Positions 1 through 10,299 of a DNA stretch of 64,000 bases are shown here, piece by piece. The stretch lies in contig CAZXSW010000004.1 of the NCBI GenBank assembly GCA_964642615.1, positions 2,210 through 66,209 on the forward strand, given 5' to 3'. The number at the start of each line of letters is the position of its first letter. Position 1 is the first letter of the stretch. Made by a program: the position numbers and the translations under genes. This DNA is from an uncultured Rikenellaceae bacterium (GTDB lineage: Bacteria > Bacteroidota > Bacteroidia > Bacteroidales > VadinHA17). Under the pieces are notes generated by a model. The model had not been told where the DNA came from. It did not search any database and saw only the letters and a list, made by a program, of their open reading frames with translations.

Positions 1-748
1 AATATTCATTGTCAATCATGGTGTTAAAGAGCAGACTCATATTATAGGGGCCTGCTCCGCAAACACTGCCCTTAAGGTTGAAGTCTTCGCTATAGTCAAG
101 TTCCATGGCCTTATGCAGGGCCAGGGTGGCCCACCCCCCCTGGGAATAGCCAATGAGACTGTATTCATTAAGCACAGACACACCATCCATAATTTCGGCC
201 GGGACCTCATTAAGAGCATAAAGCATATCAGTGATTGACCTTACTGTCGGCTCCTTAACAAGATATGGATGGGGTATATCAGCCGACTCTCCAAAGCCCG
301 GGTAATCAGGGATAACAACAATATACCCGGTCGAGGCGACTACTTCAACCATCTGATAGAGAGGACTGGTGAAAAACTCACTGGGAGCATTGCTGTTTTC
401 TGTGTTTGTTCCGTTCTGGAAACACAAAACAGGGTATTCTCCTTCCTTGCCGGGCAGACAGATGAGTCCTGATGCCTTTATCTCCCTGTTGTTTACCTCA
501 GTTTTGTATACCAGCCTGTAGACCCTGACAGATGATGTTACAAGTGGTTTTATCTGGCCAAGCTCGGGGTACATCTGTTCGCCGGTGCCAAGAAGTGTAT
601 TTATATAATCGAGACTATACGACACAGCATACTCTGCTGATATATAGTGCTCATAATCCTTAGTATCGTCCTTCCTACACGATACCGCAGCAAGAAAAAC
701 AGTGAGTGTTATAAGAGCAAACCTTGAAACTCTGTACTGTATTTTCAT
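1..748 (-). CDS. Alpha/beta hydrolase (secretory lipase-like) lipoprotein, truncated by the window edge; absent from ORF track
   Basis: Manual translation from ATG at 748: MKIQYRVSRFALITLTVFLAAVSC (lipobox) ... VLCFQNGT ... YIVVIPDYPGFGES ... LIGYSQGGWATL (GxSxG nucleophile) ... CGAGPYN; open to the window start. Confidence 0.85.
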   Translation of the reverse strand, partial: MKIQYRVSRFALITLTVFLAAVSCRKDDTKDYEHYISAEYAVSYSLDYINTLLGTGEQMYPELGQIKPLVTSSVRVYRLVYKTEVNNREIKASGLICLPGKEGEYPVLCFQNGTNTENSNAPSEFFTSPLYQMVEVVASTGYIVVIPDYPGFGESADIPHPYLVKEPTVRSITDMLYALNEVPAEIMDGVSVLNEYSLIGYSQGGWATLALHKAMELDYSEDFNLKGSVCGAGPYNMSLLFNTMIDNEY

Positions 749-800
749 TTCTTAAGTATTTATTGATTTCACAAGCGCGGCGTACATCGTCCGTTCACTG

Positions 801-863
801 CAAAGATAATTCTTTCTTCTGACAGGCGGTTTTCAATGCAGTGACATACTTTTCCTATATTTG
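801..863. promoter_or_regulatory. Divergent Bacteroidota sigma-A -7 elements
   Basis: TATCTTTG on minus (801-808) and TATATTTG on plus (856-863); both match TAnnTTTG and face their respective genes. Confidence 0.65.
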
Positions 864-883
864 CAGCAACATTTTTCATCCTG

Positions 884-2836
884 ATGGTTTCCATAAAAGA
901 TATCTCAGTATCATTCGGAAGTTTTGATCTTTTAACAAACATATCGTTTCTGGTCAATGATCAGGACCGTATAGGTCTTGCTGGTAAAAACGGAGCAGGT
1001 AAATCGACTCTTCTACGTATCATATCGGGCGAGCTAAGTCCCTCTTCGGGACTGGTCGACATGTCGAAAGAGATAACCATTGGCTATCTCCCCCAGCAGT
1101 TAAAGGTAAGCGACACCACGACTGTTCTGAACGAGACCCTTTCTGCCTTTTCTGCCCTGCTTAACCTTAAGGAGTCGATTGAAAACTACCACCATGAGAT
1201 CTCCCGAAGGGATGACTATGAAAGCGAGTCGTACCTGAGGCTCTGCGACAGGCTTATTGAGGACGAAGAGCGCTTCAGGATAATGGGTGGCAACAACTAT
1301 ATGGCAGAGACTGAGCTGGCACTTACAGGACTTGGATTTGAAAGGAAGGATTTTGACCGGCCCACCAGAGAGTTGAGCGGAGGCTGGAGGATGAGAATCG
1401 AGCTTGCCAAGATCATCCTCAGAAAACCATCTCTCTTCCTTCTGGATGAACCTACCAATCATCTCGATATTGAATCAATACAGTGGCTCGAATCTTTTCT
1501 TTCGGGTTATAACGGTGCTGTTGTCCTTGTATCACACGACAAGGCATTTCTTGATAATGTAACAAACCGCACCCTGGAGATCTCTCTTGGCAGAATCTAC
1601 GATTACAGGGCATCATGGTCGGAGTATTTACGACTACGGACAGAGAGGCGCGAACAGCAGTTAGCCGCATACCGGAACCAGCAGAAGATGATTGATGATA
1701 CGGAGAAATTCATTGAGAGGTTTCGCTACAAAGCCACCAAGGCAGTCCAGGTACAGTCAAGGATCAAACACCTTGAAAAGACTGAAAGGATTGAGGTTGA
1801 CGAAGAAGATTTCAGTTCAATAAACCTGCGTTTTGCTCCGGCTCCCAGATCAGGGACTGTGGTTATTGAAGCCAGAGAACTGTCAAAGAGCTTTGGCGAG
1901 CACCAGGTACTTAATAAAATATCCTTTACTGTCACCCGGGGAGAGAAAGTGGCTTTTGTAGGCCGTAATGGGGAAGGCAAGACCACTTTTTCAAAAATCA
2001 TAACAGGAGAACTCGACCATACGGGATTCCTCAGAATGGGTCATAACGTAAAGACCGGCTATTTTGCCCAGAACCAGGATGAGTTGCTTGATGAATCGAA
2101 GAGTGTCTTTCAGACCATCGACGATATTGCCACTGGCGACATAAGGTCAAGGATAAGGGATATGCTGGGGGCCTTCCTGTTCAGGGGTGATGAGATTGAA
2201 AAGAAAGTAAAGGTACTCTCGGGAGGAGAGCGGTCAAGGCTGGCCCTTATAAGGCTTTTACTTGAGCCCTACAATCTTCTGGTGCTTGATGAGCCCACCA
2301 ATCACCTCGACATGAGGTCAAAGGATATCCTTAAACAGGCTCTGATCCGTTATGATGGCACATTAATTGTGGTCTCTCACGACAGGGATTTTCTCGACGG
2401 ACTTGTCGGTAAGGTTTATGAGTTCCGCAATAATACCATTAAAGAGCATATCGGTGGAATTTACGACTTCCTTAAGAAGAAAAAAATTGGGAACCTGAGA
2501 GATATCGAAATAAAGGAAAAAAACTCATCAGGGGAAGTCCGCACCGAAGAACTGACAGGCAGCAAAAAAAGATACCTTGAGAAAAAAGAATATGAAAAAA
2601 ATCTCAGGAAGATGAGAAAGACACTCGGGGAATCTGAGACAAGGATTGAAAAGCTGGAAGCTGAACTTGCAGAGGTCAGCCGTCTGCTCAATGATCCTTC
2701 GGCGACAGACGAATCTCCTGACAATATTTACAGACGGTATGAGGAAGTCAGGATAACCCTTGAGCTGGAGATGGATCGCTGGACCCTCTGTAGTCACGAA
2801 ATGGAGGAATACCTGAAATCAAATGACAATGAATAA
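884..2836 (+). CDS. ABC-F family ATP-binding protein
   Basis: Two ABC cassettes (GKNGAGKST/LSGGWRMR/LLDEPTNHLD; GRNGEGKTT/LSGGERSR), no TM segments, C-terminal coiled coil. Confidence 0.93.
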   Translation: MVSIKDISVSFGSFDLLTNISFLVNDQDRIGLAGKNGAGKSTLLRIISGELSPSSGLVDMSKEITIGYLPQQLKVSDTTTVLNETLSAFSALLNLKESIENYHHEISRRDDYESESYLRLCDRLIEDEERFRIMGGNNYMAETELALTGLGFERKDFDRPTRELSGGWRMRIELAKIILRKPSLFLLDEPTNHLDIESIQWLESFLSGYNGAVVLVSHDKAFLDNVTNRTLEISLGRIYDYRASWSEYLRLRTERREQQLAAYRNQQKMIDDTEKFIERFRYKATKAVQVQSRIKHLEKTERIEVDEEDFSSINLRFAPAPRSGTVVIEARELSKSFGEHQVLNKISFTVTRGEKVAFVGRNGEGKTTFSKIITGELDHTGFLRMGHNVKTGYFAQNQDELLDESKSVFQTIDDIATGDIRSRIRDMLGAFLFRGDEIEKKVKVLSGGERSRLALIRLLLEPYNLLVLDEPTNHLDMRSKDILKQALIRYDGTLIVVSHDRDFLDGLVGKVYEFRNNTIKEHIGGIYDFLKKKKIGNLRDIEIKEKNSSGEVRTEELTGSKKRYLEKKEYEKNLRKMRKTLGESETRIEKLEAELAEVSRLLNDPSATDESPDNIYRRYEEVRITLELEMDRWTLCSHEMEEYLKSNDNE

Positions 2837-3599
2837 GATAAGAGAACTGACAAAGGAATACAGGGTTAATGTGTATGATACCGGACCCAACGGCCAACTT
2901 GCCATATACACAATGTTCGACTATCTTCAGGATATTGCCTCGGACCATGCTGAAATGCTGGGTTACGGACGTGATGATCTTATGCAGCAGAATAACTTCT
3001 GGGTACTCTCAAGAATCTATGCTGAGATTCACAGCCTTCCGGTATGGAACGATCTCATAAAAATAAGGACATGGCCAAGGGGTACTGACAAGCTTTTTGC
3101 AGTCAGGGATTATGAGATCATGGAGCCGGGAGGCCAGAAGATTGCTGCTGCCACATCATCGTGGCTTATTATTGACAGAACAACAAAGAAGATAAGACGG
3201 CCTGATAACACTCTCAGTTATATGAATACTGATTTCCTGAAGGACAGATCTCTTTACAGGAATTCAGGGAAAATTGAGCCGGTAGCGCCGGAAGGAATGA
3301 TTATGTCGAGGTTCAATGTCAGGGTCAGTGATCTCGATCTCAATCTTCATACAAATAATGCAAGATATCTGAAATGGGCCATCGACACCTACAATCTTGG
3401 ATTCATACTTAATAACGATCCTTTTTCCGTTGAAATAAACTATCTTGCTGAATCTCATTTCAACGATGAGATAAACATTAAGGTATCTGTAGAAAACAAC
3501 GGAGCGATGTTTTTCAATCATTCCATTTTCAGTTCGCAAGGGAACAATGAGCTCTGCCGCATCAAAATAGGGTGGAAAGAAAATTCTACTGAAAAATAA
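2829..3599 (+). CDS. Acyl-ACP thioesterase (FatA/FatB-like double hotdog)
   Basis: Motifs YRVNVYDT, WVLSRIY, IRTWP, DLDLNLHTNNARY; start 2823 or 2829, overlapping the ABC-F stop. Confidence 0.88.
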   Translation: MNKIRELTKEYRVNVYDTGPNGQLAIYTMFDYLQDIASDHAEMLGYGRDDLMQQNNFWVLSRIYAEIHSLPVWNDLIKIRTWPRGTDKLFAVRDYEIMEPGGQKIAAATSSWLIIDRTTKKIRRPDNTLSYMNTDFLKDRSLYRNSGKIEPVAPEGMIMSRFNVRVSDLDLNLHTNNARYLKWAIDTYNLGFILNNDPFSVEINYLAESHFNDEINIKVSVENNGAMFFNHSIFSSQGNNELCRIKIGWKENSTEK

Positions 3600-3611
3600 A
3601 TTATTACGGTT

Positions 3612-4949
3612 ATGAATCTGAGCAATCTGTCAAAATTCTGCGTAGGGCTCTGCGTTATTATAGCAGAGGCTCTTCTTGTTACATCATGCAGAACGGTTCA
3701 GACGGCAGTTGATTCCAAAGATCTCTCCTACCTGTACAATCCGACCAAAAACCTTTTTAGTCCGCGTTACAGCGTATTCAACGAGACTGATGAGAGGTCG
3801 ATGCTTTCAGTAAGGTTTTTCAACTCCGACCTTTATTTTTCGGAAGCAAACCCACAGGGGATTCCAACAGCCCAGATACTTATATCAGTAAAGGTATACG
3901 ACACCGGCCGGGGAAGGATACTTGCCGATACTGCAGCCAGTTATCTGAGTATTATTAAGGATACAACCCGACAGGAATATGTATATTCCATCCCCATGAA
4001 GGTTGAAGCCGGTGGCGATTATATGACTGAGGTAAAGGTCCTCGACCGGATAAGGATGCAGGTTGTTCAGGCCTTTGTCCCTTTCAGCACCCTGACCCGC
4101 ACGAGCAGGTATAATTTCAGGGTAAGAAGTCATTTTGAAAATAACCTGTTGTTTAACCCGGTGGTTGCAACCGGAGATTATGTAAATCTTCTTTATCCTC
4201 GCTTCCCCCTCGATACAATCTATATTTCCCTGTACGCGCCCGTGGAGGGGATTCCTGATCCTCCATCGATGCTTCTTCCTGAAAGGATTATTGATTATCC
4301 TCCCGATACAACCGTAGCCCTCGCATATTCAGATACACTACCCATGATGTTCCCGGGGAGAGGCGTTTATCATATAACCACTGAGCGGGTGAACACTGAA
4401 GGTTTTACATTTTTCAACTTCGGGGAATCGTTTCCGGTTGCCGACACTCCTGAGGCTATGATGGATCCGCTTGAATACCTTGTAAGCAAAGATGAACTGG
4501 CGAGGATGAAGAGTGCTCCCAGGCCGAAGGTTGCCCTTGATGAGTTCTGGATAAGTTGCGGAGGGAATGTTGAAAGAGCCCGTGAGCTTATTAGAATTTT
4601 CTACACCAGGGTTCAGTATTCCAACTACTATTTCACCTCCTTCAAGGAAGGGTGGAGGACTGAAAGGGGTATGGTATATATTATTTACGGACCTCCCGAC
4701 AAGGTTTACAAGACTTCAGACGGGGAACAATGGGGCTACCGGAAACCTGCCATCAGATCGACCTGGGGAGGACGGGTACATATGAGTGAAGATTATATTT
4801 ACTTTACCTTCCGGACAAGAAAAAGTGATTTTACTGATAATGATTTTTATATAAGCCGGAGTGAAACTCTGGTGACCTACTGGGATCAGGCTGTGGCCAG
4901 CTGGCTGAAAGGCATTGTATTCCGGTTTGATAACCCCGACGATATTTAG
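3612..4949 (+). CDS. GWxTD domain-containing lipoprotein
   Basis: Lipobox LVTSC; C-terminal FTSFKEGWRTERGMVYIIYGPPD (GWxTD motif, here GWRTE). Confidence 0.85.
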   Translation: MNLSNLSKFCVGLCVIIAEALLVTSCRTVQTAVDSKDLSYLYNPTKNLFSPRYSVFNETDERSMLSVRFFNSDLYFSEANPQGIPTAQILISVKVYDTGRGRILADTAASYLSIIKDTTRQEYVYSIPMKVEAGGDYMTEVKVLDRIRMQVVQAFVPFSTLTRTSRYNFRVRSHFENNLLFNPVVATGDYVNLLYPRFPLDTIYISLYAPVEGIPDPPSMLLPERIIDYPPDTTVALAYSDTLPMMFPGRGVYHITTERVNTEGFTFFNFGESFPVADTPEAMMDPLEYLVSKDELARMKSAPRPKVALDEFWISCGGNVERARELIRIFYTRVQYSNYYFTSFKEGWRTERGMVYIIYGPPDKVYKTSDGEQWGYRKPAIRSTWGGRVHMSEDYIYFTFRTRKSDFTDNDFYISRSETLVTYWDQAVASWLKGIVFRFDNPDDI

Positions 4950-4951
4950 AT

Positions 4952-5692
4952 ATGCTAAAAGAATCTGATTGTATTTTTGGTCTTCGTCCTGTGATAGAAG
5001 CCATCAGGGCCGGAAAACAGCTCGACCGTCTTCTTATAAGGCAGGGGCTGCAGGGGCCGCTCTATTATGAACTGATGACTGAGGTGAGGCAACACAACAT
5101 TGTTTACCAGATCGTTCCTGTAGAAAGGATAGAGCTTGTAACCAGGAAGAACCACCAGGGCGTTCTTGCCTGGCTCTCTGTTGTTGAATATGAGAGTATA
5201 GCCAACCTGCTTCCTATGATCTTTGAAAAGGGGGAAGATCCTCTTATTATAGCTCTCGACGGGGTATCGGATGTGAGGAATTTTGGAGCCATTGTCAGAA
5301 GTGCCGAATGCATGGGTGCCCATGCTGTGATGATACCAGAAAAAGGATCAGCCAGGATCACCGCCGATGCAGTAAAAGCTTCAGCAGGAGCTCTTCACCT
5401 TTTACCTGTGTGCAGGGAAAAAAGCATTGTCAGGTCAGTAAGCTACCTTAAAGAATCTGGATTAAGCGTTGTATGTGCCGAAGAAAACTCCGGAGTGATG
5501 GTTTCAGAGCTGCCCCTTAAGGGGCCACTGGTTCTTATTCTTGGATCGGAAGGTCAGGGCATCAGCCGCGAACTTATAAAAATGGCTGATCACATGGCCG
5601 GAATACCCATGTCAGGAAAGATAACCTCGCTGAACGTCTCTGTTGCAGCAGGGATTATCATCTATGAGATCATGAGACAGAGATCCTTATAA
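4952..5692 (+). CDS. rlmB: 23S rRNA (Gm2251) 2'-O-methyltransferase
   Basis: SPOUT motifs NHQGV, LDGVSDVRNFGAIVRSA, LGSEGQG, SLNVSVAAGI. Confidence 0.92.
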   Translation: MLKESDCIFGLRPVIEAIRAGKQLDRLLIRQGLQGPLYYELMTEVRQHNIVYQIVPVERIELVTRKNHQGVLAWLSVVEYESIANLLPMIFEKGEDPLIIALDGVSDVRNFGAIVRSAECMGAHAVMIPEKGSARITADAVKASAGALHLLPVCREKSIVRSVSYLKESGLSVVCAEENSGVMVSELPLKGPLVLILGSEGQGISRELIKMADHMAGIPMSGKITSLNVSVAAGIIIYEIMRQRSL

Positions 5693-5693
5693 A

Positions 5694-6911
5694 TCATTCT
5701 ATTATTCCACTGATCCTCTGATCGAGCATCTCCTGGTCGGCTGTGAACGATGCCAGTCCTGCCAGCGTAAGCAGTGTATCGGGTGCCACCTCTCCCTTTT
5801 TAATCCTGTCGGCCCATCTTGAATAAACCGGGATCTTACCATCGCTTTTGATGAATGATTTCTCCTCTTTATTCATTAAAGGGAACATATCCCCGCAGCC
5901 TTCATCGTGAGCGATACGAATAAGCTCCTGACCCGATGAGGGAAGCTTTGCAGCCAGTCTCTCAGCCAGTTTTATTACATTATCATCCACCTCCCAGAAT
6001 TTTTCTATCCTGGCTTCTGAGGCTGAGGAAAAGAGGTTCACGTCATAGTTCTGATGCAGTTGTGAACTGAACACACCCTTAAGTTCTTTTCTTCCTCCGG
6101 CAGCAACTTTTGGTGGCATGGTATATACATCCGTTCCGGCCAGAAGCTCAAGCTGTGACGGATTTCTGAGGCTTGCCGCAATGAGTTTTGTCTGCCACGG
6201 ATTCCGGGCAGAAAGGGCTGTAACCCAGTTCTGAGAAGCAATAACTGCCCTCTCCCCTGCTCCTGTCCCGTCTCCCAGCTTGTTCTCAATTATGAAAGCA
6301 CCTATCCTGCCAAGAAAGACATTCAGGTAATCGGGCCTTGTAACAAGGGTCACGAGCGCATTTTCCCTTGCGCTGAACTCAAGTGTGAAGTTGATCTTTA
6401 CCCCGGCATCCTTCAGTTTTCTTGCACCTATAAGGCCCTCGGCCGTATAGGGTACCTTTACTATGAACTGATCGGGACATATATCATGGAATCTCTTTCC
6501 GTAATACTCTATGGCCTTAATGTCGTGAGCCGTGTCGGTATGAAGCTCAACACTGACGTATCCCCCGAACCTTGAAGCAAGTCTCAGTCCGTGCCTGGCA
6601 TTAAGGATGAATGCTATTTCTTTGACCCTTTCCTCAGCCGGCAGTTCCCTTACAATACTCTTTGCCTCAGAAATGAAGATATCGTACATCCCTTTCTGTA
6701 TCTCATTGTTAAGCAAGGTATTGTTGGTTGTCAGAGCACTCATCTCGGCCGTCCAGTTTGCCTCAGCTTCTTCCATATCGCCTGTATCGAGCCACAGTTC
6801 CGTACCCGTATTCCTCAGCGCCTCCCAGAAAGAGTCTTTTTTCCCGGTTATATGCTTCTCATTGAGGTTCTTCCATACATAATCGCTAATTCGTGTGTTA
6901 AGGTCAGCCAT
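5694..6911 (-). CDS. tal: Transaldolase family protein (long form)
   Basis: LWLDTGD, TTNN, SVEL, VKVP (Schiff-base Lys), NFTLEFS, VFLGR, AASLR. Confidence 0.82.
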   Translation of the reverse strand: MADLNTRISDYVWKNLNEKHITGKKDSFWEALRNTGTELWLDTGDMEEAEANWTAEMSALTTNNTLLNNEIQKGMYDIFISEAKSIVRELPAEERVKEIAFILNARHGLRLASRFGGYVSVELHTDTAHDIKAIEYYGKRFHDICPDQFIVKVPYTAEGLIGARKLKDAGVKINFTLEFSARENALVTLVTRPDYLNVFLGRIGAFIIENKLGDGTGAGERAVIASQNWVTALSARNPWQTKLIAASLRNPSQLELLAGTDVYTMPPKVAAGGRKELKGVFSSQLHQNYDVNLFSSASEARIEKFWEVDDNVIKLAERLAAKLPSSGQELIRIAHDEGCGDMFPLMNKEEKSFIKSDGKIPVYSRWADRIKKGEVAPDTLLTLAGLASFTADQEMLDQRISGIIE

Positions 6912-6932
6912 AGTATTACTTTTTTAAAAGGT

Positions 6933-8219
6933 TCAGTTTTCTGCTTTTTTCTCTGACAGAGTCAGAAGATCATCTCCTGATGGTTGCTGGAACACCCTTA
7001 ATCCAAAGCCAGGCATAACGGCATATAGGTGTTCGAATATCTCAGAAAGAATATGTTCATAGTGAATCCAGGAGTTCCTTGTACAAAATGCATATATCTC
7101 GAGGGGAAGTCCGTCACTGGCCGGAGGCCGGTGACGGACAATTATTGTCTGGTCGCTGTCTATCATAGGGTGTTTCCTGAGATAGGTCTCGGCATAGATT
7201 CTGAAGAGGCCCAGGTTTGTTATCCTGGCCGAACCCGATATGCTATGCCTGTCTTCCCTCCCGGGTTTCCTGCTACCGTATTCCTTATCAACTGAGTTAA
7301 AGAAATCCCTTATCTCCGGAATCTCAAGATATGTCTTCCTGAGATCCTCACCGGCAACGCTGATACTTCTGATGTCGATCATAATGGCTCTTTTGATCTG
7401 CCTGACACCCGACTCCTCCATACCTATCCAGTTCTGGAACGATTCAGTGACGAGCGACCATGTAGGAATAGTAATGATCGACTTGTCAAAGTTCTGAACC
7501 TTTACAGTGGTAAGGGTCATATCTATGACGTTTCCGTCAACCTGTCGTCCGGGGATGGAGATCCAGTCTCCAACCTTCATCATCTTATTGACCGACAGCT
7601 GAATACTTGCCGCAAGCCCAAGAATGGGATCCTTAAAGATGAGCATAAGCACGGCAGCCATAGCTCCGAGACCGGCAACAACCGCACTTACTTCCTTTCT
7701 GAAAACGGCAGCAATTATAATGAGTGCAGTTACTGCAACCACAAATATCTTAACCACCTGTACATACCCTTTGATGGGCCTGTGCTGCGAAACAGGCAGG
7801 GTGAGATAGATCTTGTGCCATGCTTCAATAAAGGTGTTTATAACCACCATGCCTATGAGAATCATGTATATATAGGTCAGCTTCCTGACGGCCAGCAGCC
7901 ACACCGGATACTCCTGAAGAGCCCATCCTGCCATAAGCCATATGACAAGTGCGGGAGCATAATGTGATAATCTTAGGAACACTTTCTGTTCAAGGAGTAT
8001 ATCGTCCCAGACAGATGCAGTTCTTTTGACAATCCTGGAAACAACTTTCCCTATGATGAATCTGGTAATTATATTCGAAAGCCAGCTTAGCACGATAACC
8101 ACTGAAACAAGGATCACCGTACTTAAAAAGACAGACAGGCTACTGCCCAATCCGGTACCAATAAGCAACTCTTTCAACCATACTGCCGGATCGTTTGAGA
8201 AAAGCATAGGATCGATCAT
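6933..8219 (-). CDS. MscS-family mechanosensitive channel (YbdG-like)
   Basis: Multiple TM helices; GLGAMAAVLMLIFKDPILG, VGDWI, VKVQNFDKSIITIPT, SFQNWIGM. Confidence 0.9.
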   Translation of the reverse strand: MIDPMLFSNDPAVWLKELLIGTGLGSSLSVFLSTVILVSVVIVLSWLSNIITRFIIGKVVSRIVKRTASVWDDILLEQKVFLRLSHYAPALVIWLMAGWALQEYPVWLLAVRKLTYIYMILIGMVVINTFIEAWHKIYLTLPVSQHRPIKGYVQVVKIFVVAVTALIIIAAVFRKEVSAVVAGLGAMAAVLMLIFKDPILGLAASIQLSVNKMMKVGDWISIPGRQVDGNVIDMTLTTVKVQNFDKSIITIPTWSLVTESFQNWIGMEESGVRQIKRAIMIDIRSISVAGEDLRKTYLEIPEIRDFFNSVDKEYGSRKPGREDRHSISGSARITNLGLFRIYAETYLRKHPMIDSDQTIIVRHRPPASDGLPLEIYAFCTRNSWIHYEHILSEIFEHLYAVMPGFGLRVFQQPSGDDLLTLSEKKAEN

Positions 8220-8301
8220 TTGGTTTCGGCAAAATTATATAAATTATTGATCCTTTTTGCCGATAATTTTTAGCTTTACATATTTTGATCAAAATAACAC
8301 T

Positions 8302-9576
8302 ATGAGATTATTCACTTGTACAATCCTGTTTTGTGTCACTTTCCTGGTCTCAGGTCAGGAAGCTTTCGACAGATACTTCAATGATAAAGTGCTGAGGTTT
8401 GATTTCATGCTTTCAGGCGACAGTTCAACTACCCTCGTCTATCCCGTGGGTATGAAGGAAGAACCTCACTGGTCAGGATCCCTTAATAATCTTATTGATC
8501 CTTTCGACTTCGGCAGTTTCAAATATGAGTTGTTTGATCAATCAGACGATAACCTGATCTATTCCAGGGGATTCTGCTCCCTCTTCCAGGAATGGCAGAC
8601 AACAGCTGAAGCAAAAGTGATGCAACGAAGTTTTTACGAGGTAGCCACAATGCCCTACCCAAAAAACAAAGTGAAATTCGTACTAAGCAAAAGGGAAAGA
8701 AGCGGTGAATTTTCAAAGCTCTATGAAACCATAATAGATCCGGAGGATTATTTCATAAGGAAGGAAGCTGTTACAGCTGTTAACACATCCAGGATCCACT
8801 ATTCGGGCGATCCTCATAAGTGTGTGGATATTGTCTTCCTGGCTGAAGGATACACGGCAGGAGAAATGGAAAAGTTCAGGAACGATGCAGCAAGGATGGC
8901 AGCCATTCTTTTTGAGGAGGATCCTTTCGGTGAATTCAGGGATAAAATCAACATATGGGCAGTGGAGGCCGTTTCGGCTGATCCGGGCACTGACATACCC
9001 GGAGAAAAGATATACAGGAACACCGCCATGAATGCCAGTTTTTACACTTTCGACCTCGACAGGTACCTTACCACACAGGACATACAGGCTGTAAACGATT
9101 ATGCCGCAGCTGTTCCACACGACAATATAGTTGTTCTGATTAACAGCGACAAGTATGGCGGTGGCGGGATTTACAACTACTACAGCGGCACAACGGTCGA
9201 TCACGCTCTTTCGGCTCATGTCTTCCTTCATGAACTGGGGCATGGATTTGCTGGCCTGGCAGATGAATATTATGAGTCAGAAGTGGCATACGATGAATTC
9301 TATCCTCTCGATGTCGAACCGTGGGAGCCCAATATAACCACCCTGGTTGACTTTGATTCGAAATGGAAAAAGATGCTTGACAGGGATACCCCCGTTCCCA
9401 CACCTCCCATTGAAAAGTTCATGAATACTACTGGTGTCTTTGAGGGAGGAGGCTATTCTGCAAAAGGAATTTACAGACCCCGGATAAACTGCCGTATGAA
9501 ATCAAATACATCTGACGGCTTCTGCAGCGTGTGCACTGAAGCCGTCAGGCAGATGATACTGTTCTACACCGAATAG
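8302..9576 (+). CDS. M64 family metallopeptidase (IgA peptidase-like), secreted
   Basis: Signal peptide from ATG 8302; DIVFLAEGYT, HELGHGFAGLADEY zinc motif, FEGGGY, CRMKS, FCSVC. Confidence 0.9.
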   Translation: MRLFTCTILFCVTFLVSGQEAFDRYFNDKVLRFDFMLSGDSSTTLVYPVGMKEEPHWSGSLNNLIDPFDFGSFKYELFDQSDDNLIYSRGFCSLFQEWQTTAEAKVMQRSFYEVATMPYPKNKVKFVLSKRERSGEFSKLYETIIDPEDYFIRKEAVTAVNTSRIHYSGDPHKCVDIVFLAEGYTAGEMEKFRNDAARMAAILFEEDPFGEFRDKINIWAVEAVSADPGTDIPGEKIYRNTAMNASFYTFDLDRYLTTQDIQAVNDYAAAVPHDNIVVLINSDKYGGGGIYNYYSGTTVDHALSAHVFLHELGHGFAGLADEYYESEVAYDEFYPLDVEPWEPNITTLVDFDSKWKKMLDRDTPVPTPPIEKFMNTTGVFEGGGYSAKGIYRPRINCRMKSNTSDGFCSVCTEAVRQMILFYTE

Positions 9577-9596
9577 TCAACAGCAACCAAAAAACC

Positions 9597-9633
9597 CATG
9601 ACCGGCATCAGGTATTTCAGGATGCCGGTCATG
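9597..9633. terminator. Hairpin between convergent genes (probable bidirectional terminator)
   Basis: 13-bp perfect inverted repeat CATGACCGGCATC / GATGCCGGTCATG. Confidence 0.7.
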
Positions 9634-9648
9634 AACCCAAACAAAAAG

Positions 9649-10014
9649 CTATTTATTCTTCCTGTCAATAATGTAGAAGAGAACGAGTCCCAGACCTCCG
9701 AAGAAGAAGATCATTGATGCATAGCCGGGTCCTTCATCCAGGGCACCGAAATTGTCCAGAATTCCACCAGCTATAATACCAAGACCTATACCCATCAGGA
9801 ACATCCCTGTTTTAAGGGAGAAACGGCTCCAGCTGAAATTCATGATCCCCGTCTTCCCTGTATTGAAGAGACTGGCATCAGCTCCCTTTTCAATCAATGC
9901 CATCCTTTCCTTGTTACGTGTTGTGAAAAAAATGTATGCTATCCCGAAGACTGAGGCAAACATTGCGATAAAAACAATTACTGTTTCCATAATACCCGTT
10001 TTAATAATTTTCAA
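9649..10014 (-). CDS. DUF6249-like small membrane protein
   Basis: Three TM segments; RNKERMALIEKGAD signature; start 10014 or 9990. Confidence 0.78.
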   Translation of the reverse strand: MKIIKTGIMETVIVFIAMFASVFGIAYIFFTTRNKERMALIEKGADASLFNTGKTGIMNFSWSRFSLKTGMFLMGIGLGIIAGGILDNFGALDEGPGYASMIFFFGGLGLVLFYIIDRKNK

Positions 10015-10033
10015 ACTGTTTTGTTATCCCTTA

Positions 10034-10059
10034 GACTTATTAACCTGTTGCCAGGTTAC
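10034..10059 (-). promoter_or_regulatory. Putative ECF-type promoter for the DUF6249 gene
   Basis: Minus strand GTAACC-N16-AGTC. Confidence 0.6.
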
Positions 10060-10263
10060 AAACACGGGGAATAATTTAATCAGGCATCAAATTTTCAACG
10101 GACCTCTCTGGCGAAAATAATGTACACGACCGGATTAAGCGATCGCCCAGGCTGAATAAAGCGGTAAAAATGAATAATATTATAACTTACAGTGATCTGC
10201 CAGCCGGTTAACGCAAAAGAAATAACTTTACAAAAACATTGTTACCATGTTTTTTAAAAACTG

Positions 10264-10289
10264 GTAACCATAAGGCAGAATTTTGCGTC
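10264..10289 (+). promoter_or_regulatory. Putative autoregulatory ECF promoter
   Basis: GTAACC-N16-CGTC ending 10 nt before the sigma factor ATG. Confidence 0.6.
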
Positions 10290-10299
10290 AAAGAGCCAA

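Noticed and set aside
3612-4949. GWRTE variant of the GWxTD motif
   Set aside because: A conservative D-to-E change; insufficient to imply a new function.
8226-8261. CGGCAAAA/TTTTGCCG inverted repeat
   Set aside because: Most simply explained by back-to-back divergent TTTGC-type promoter elements.
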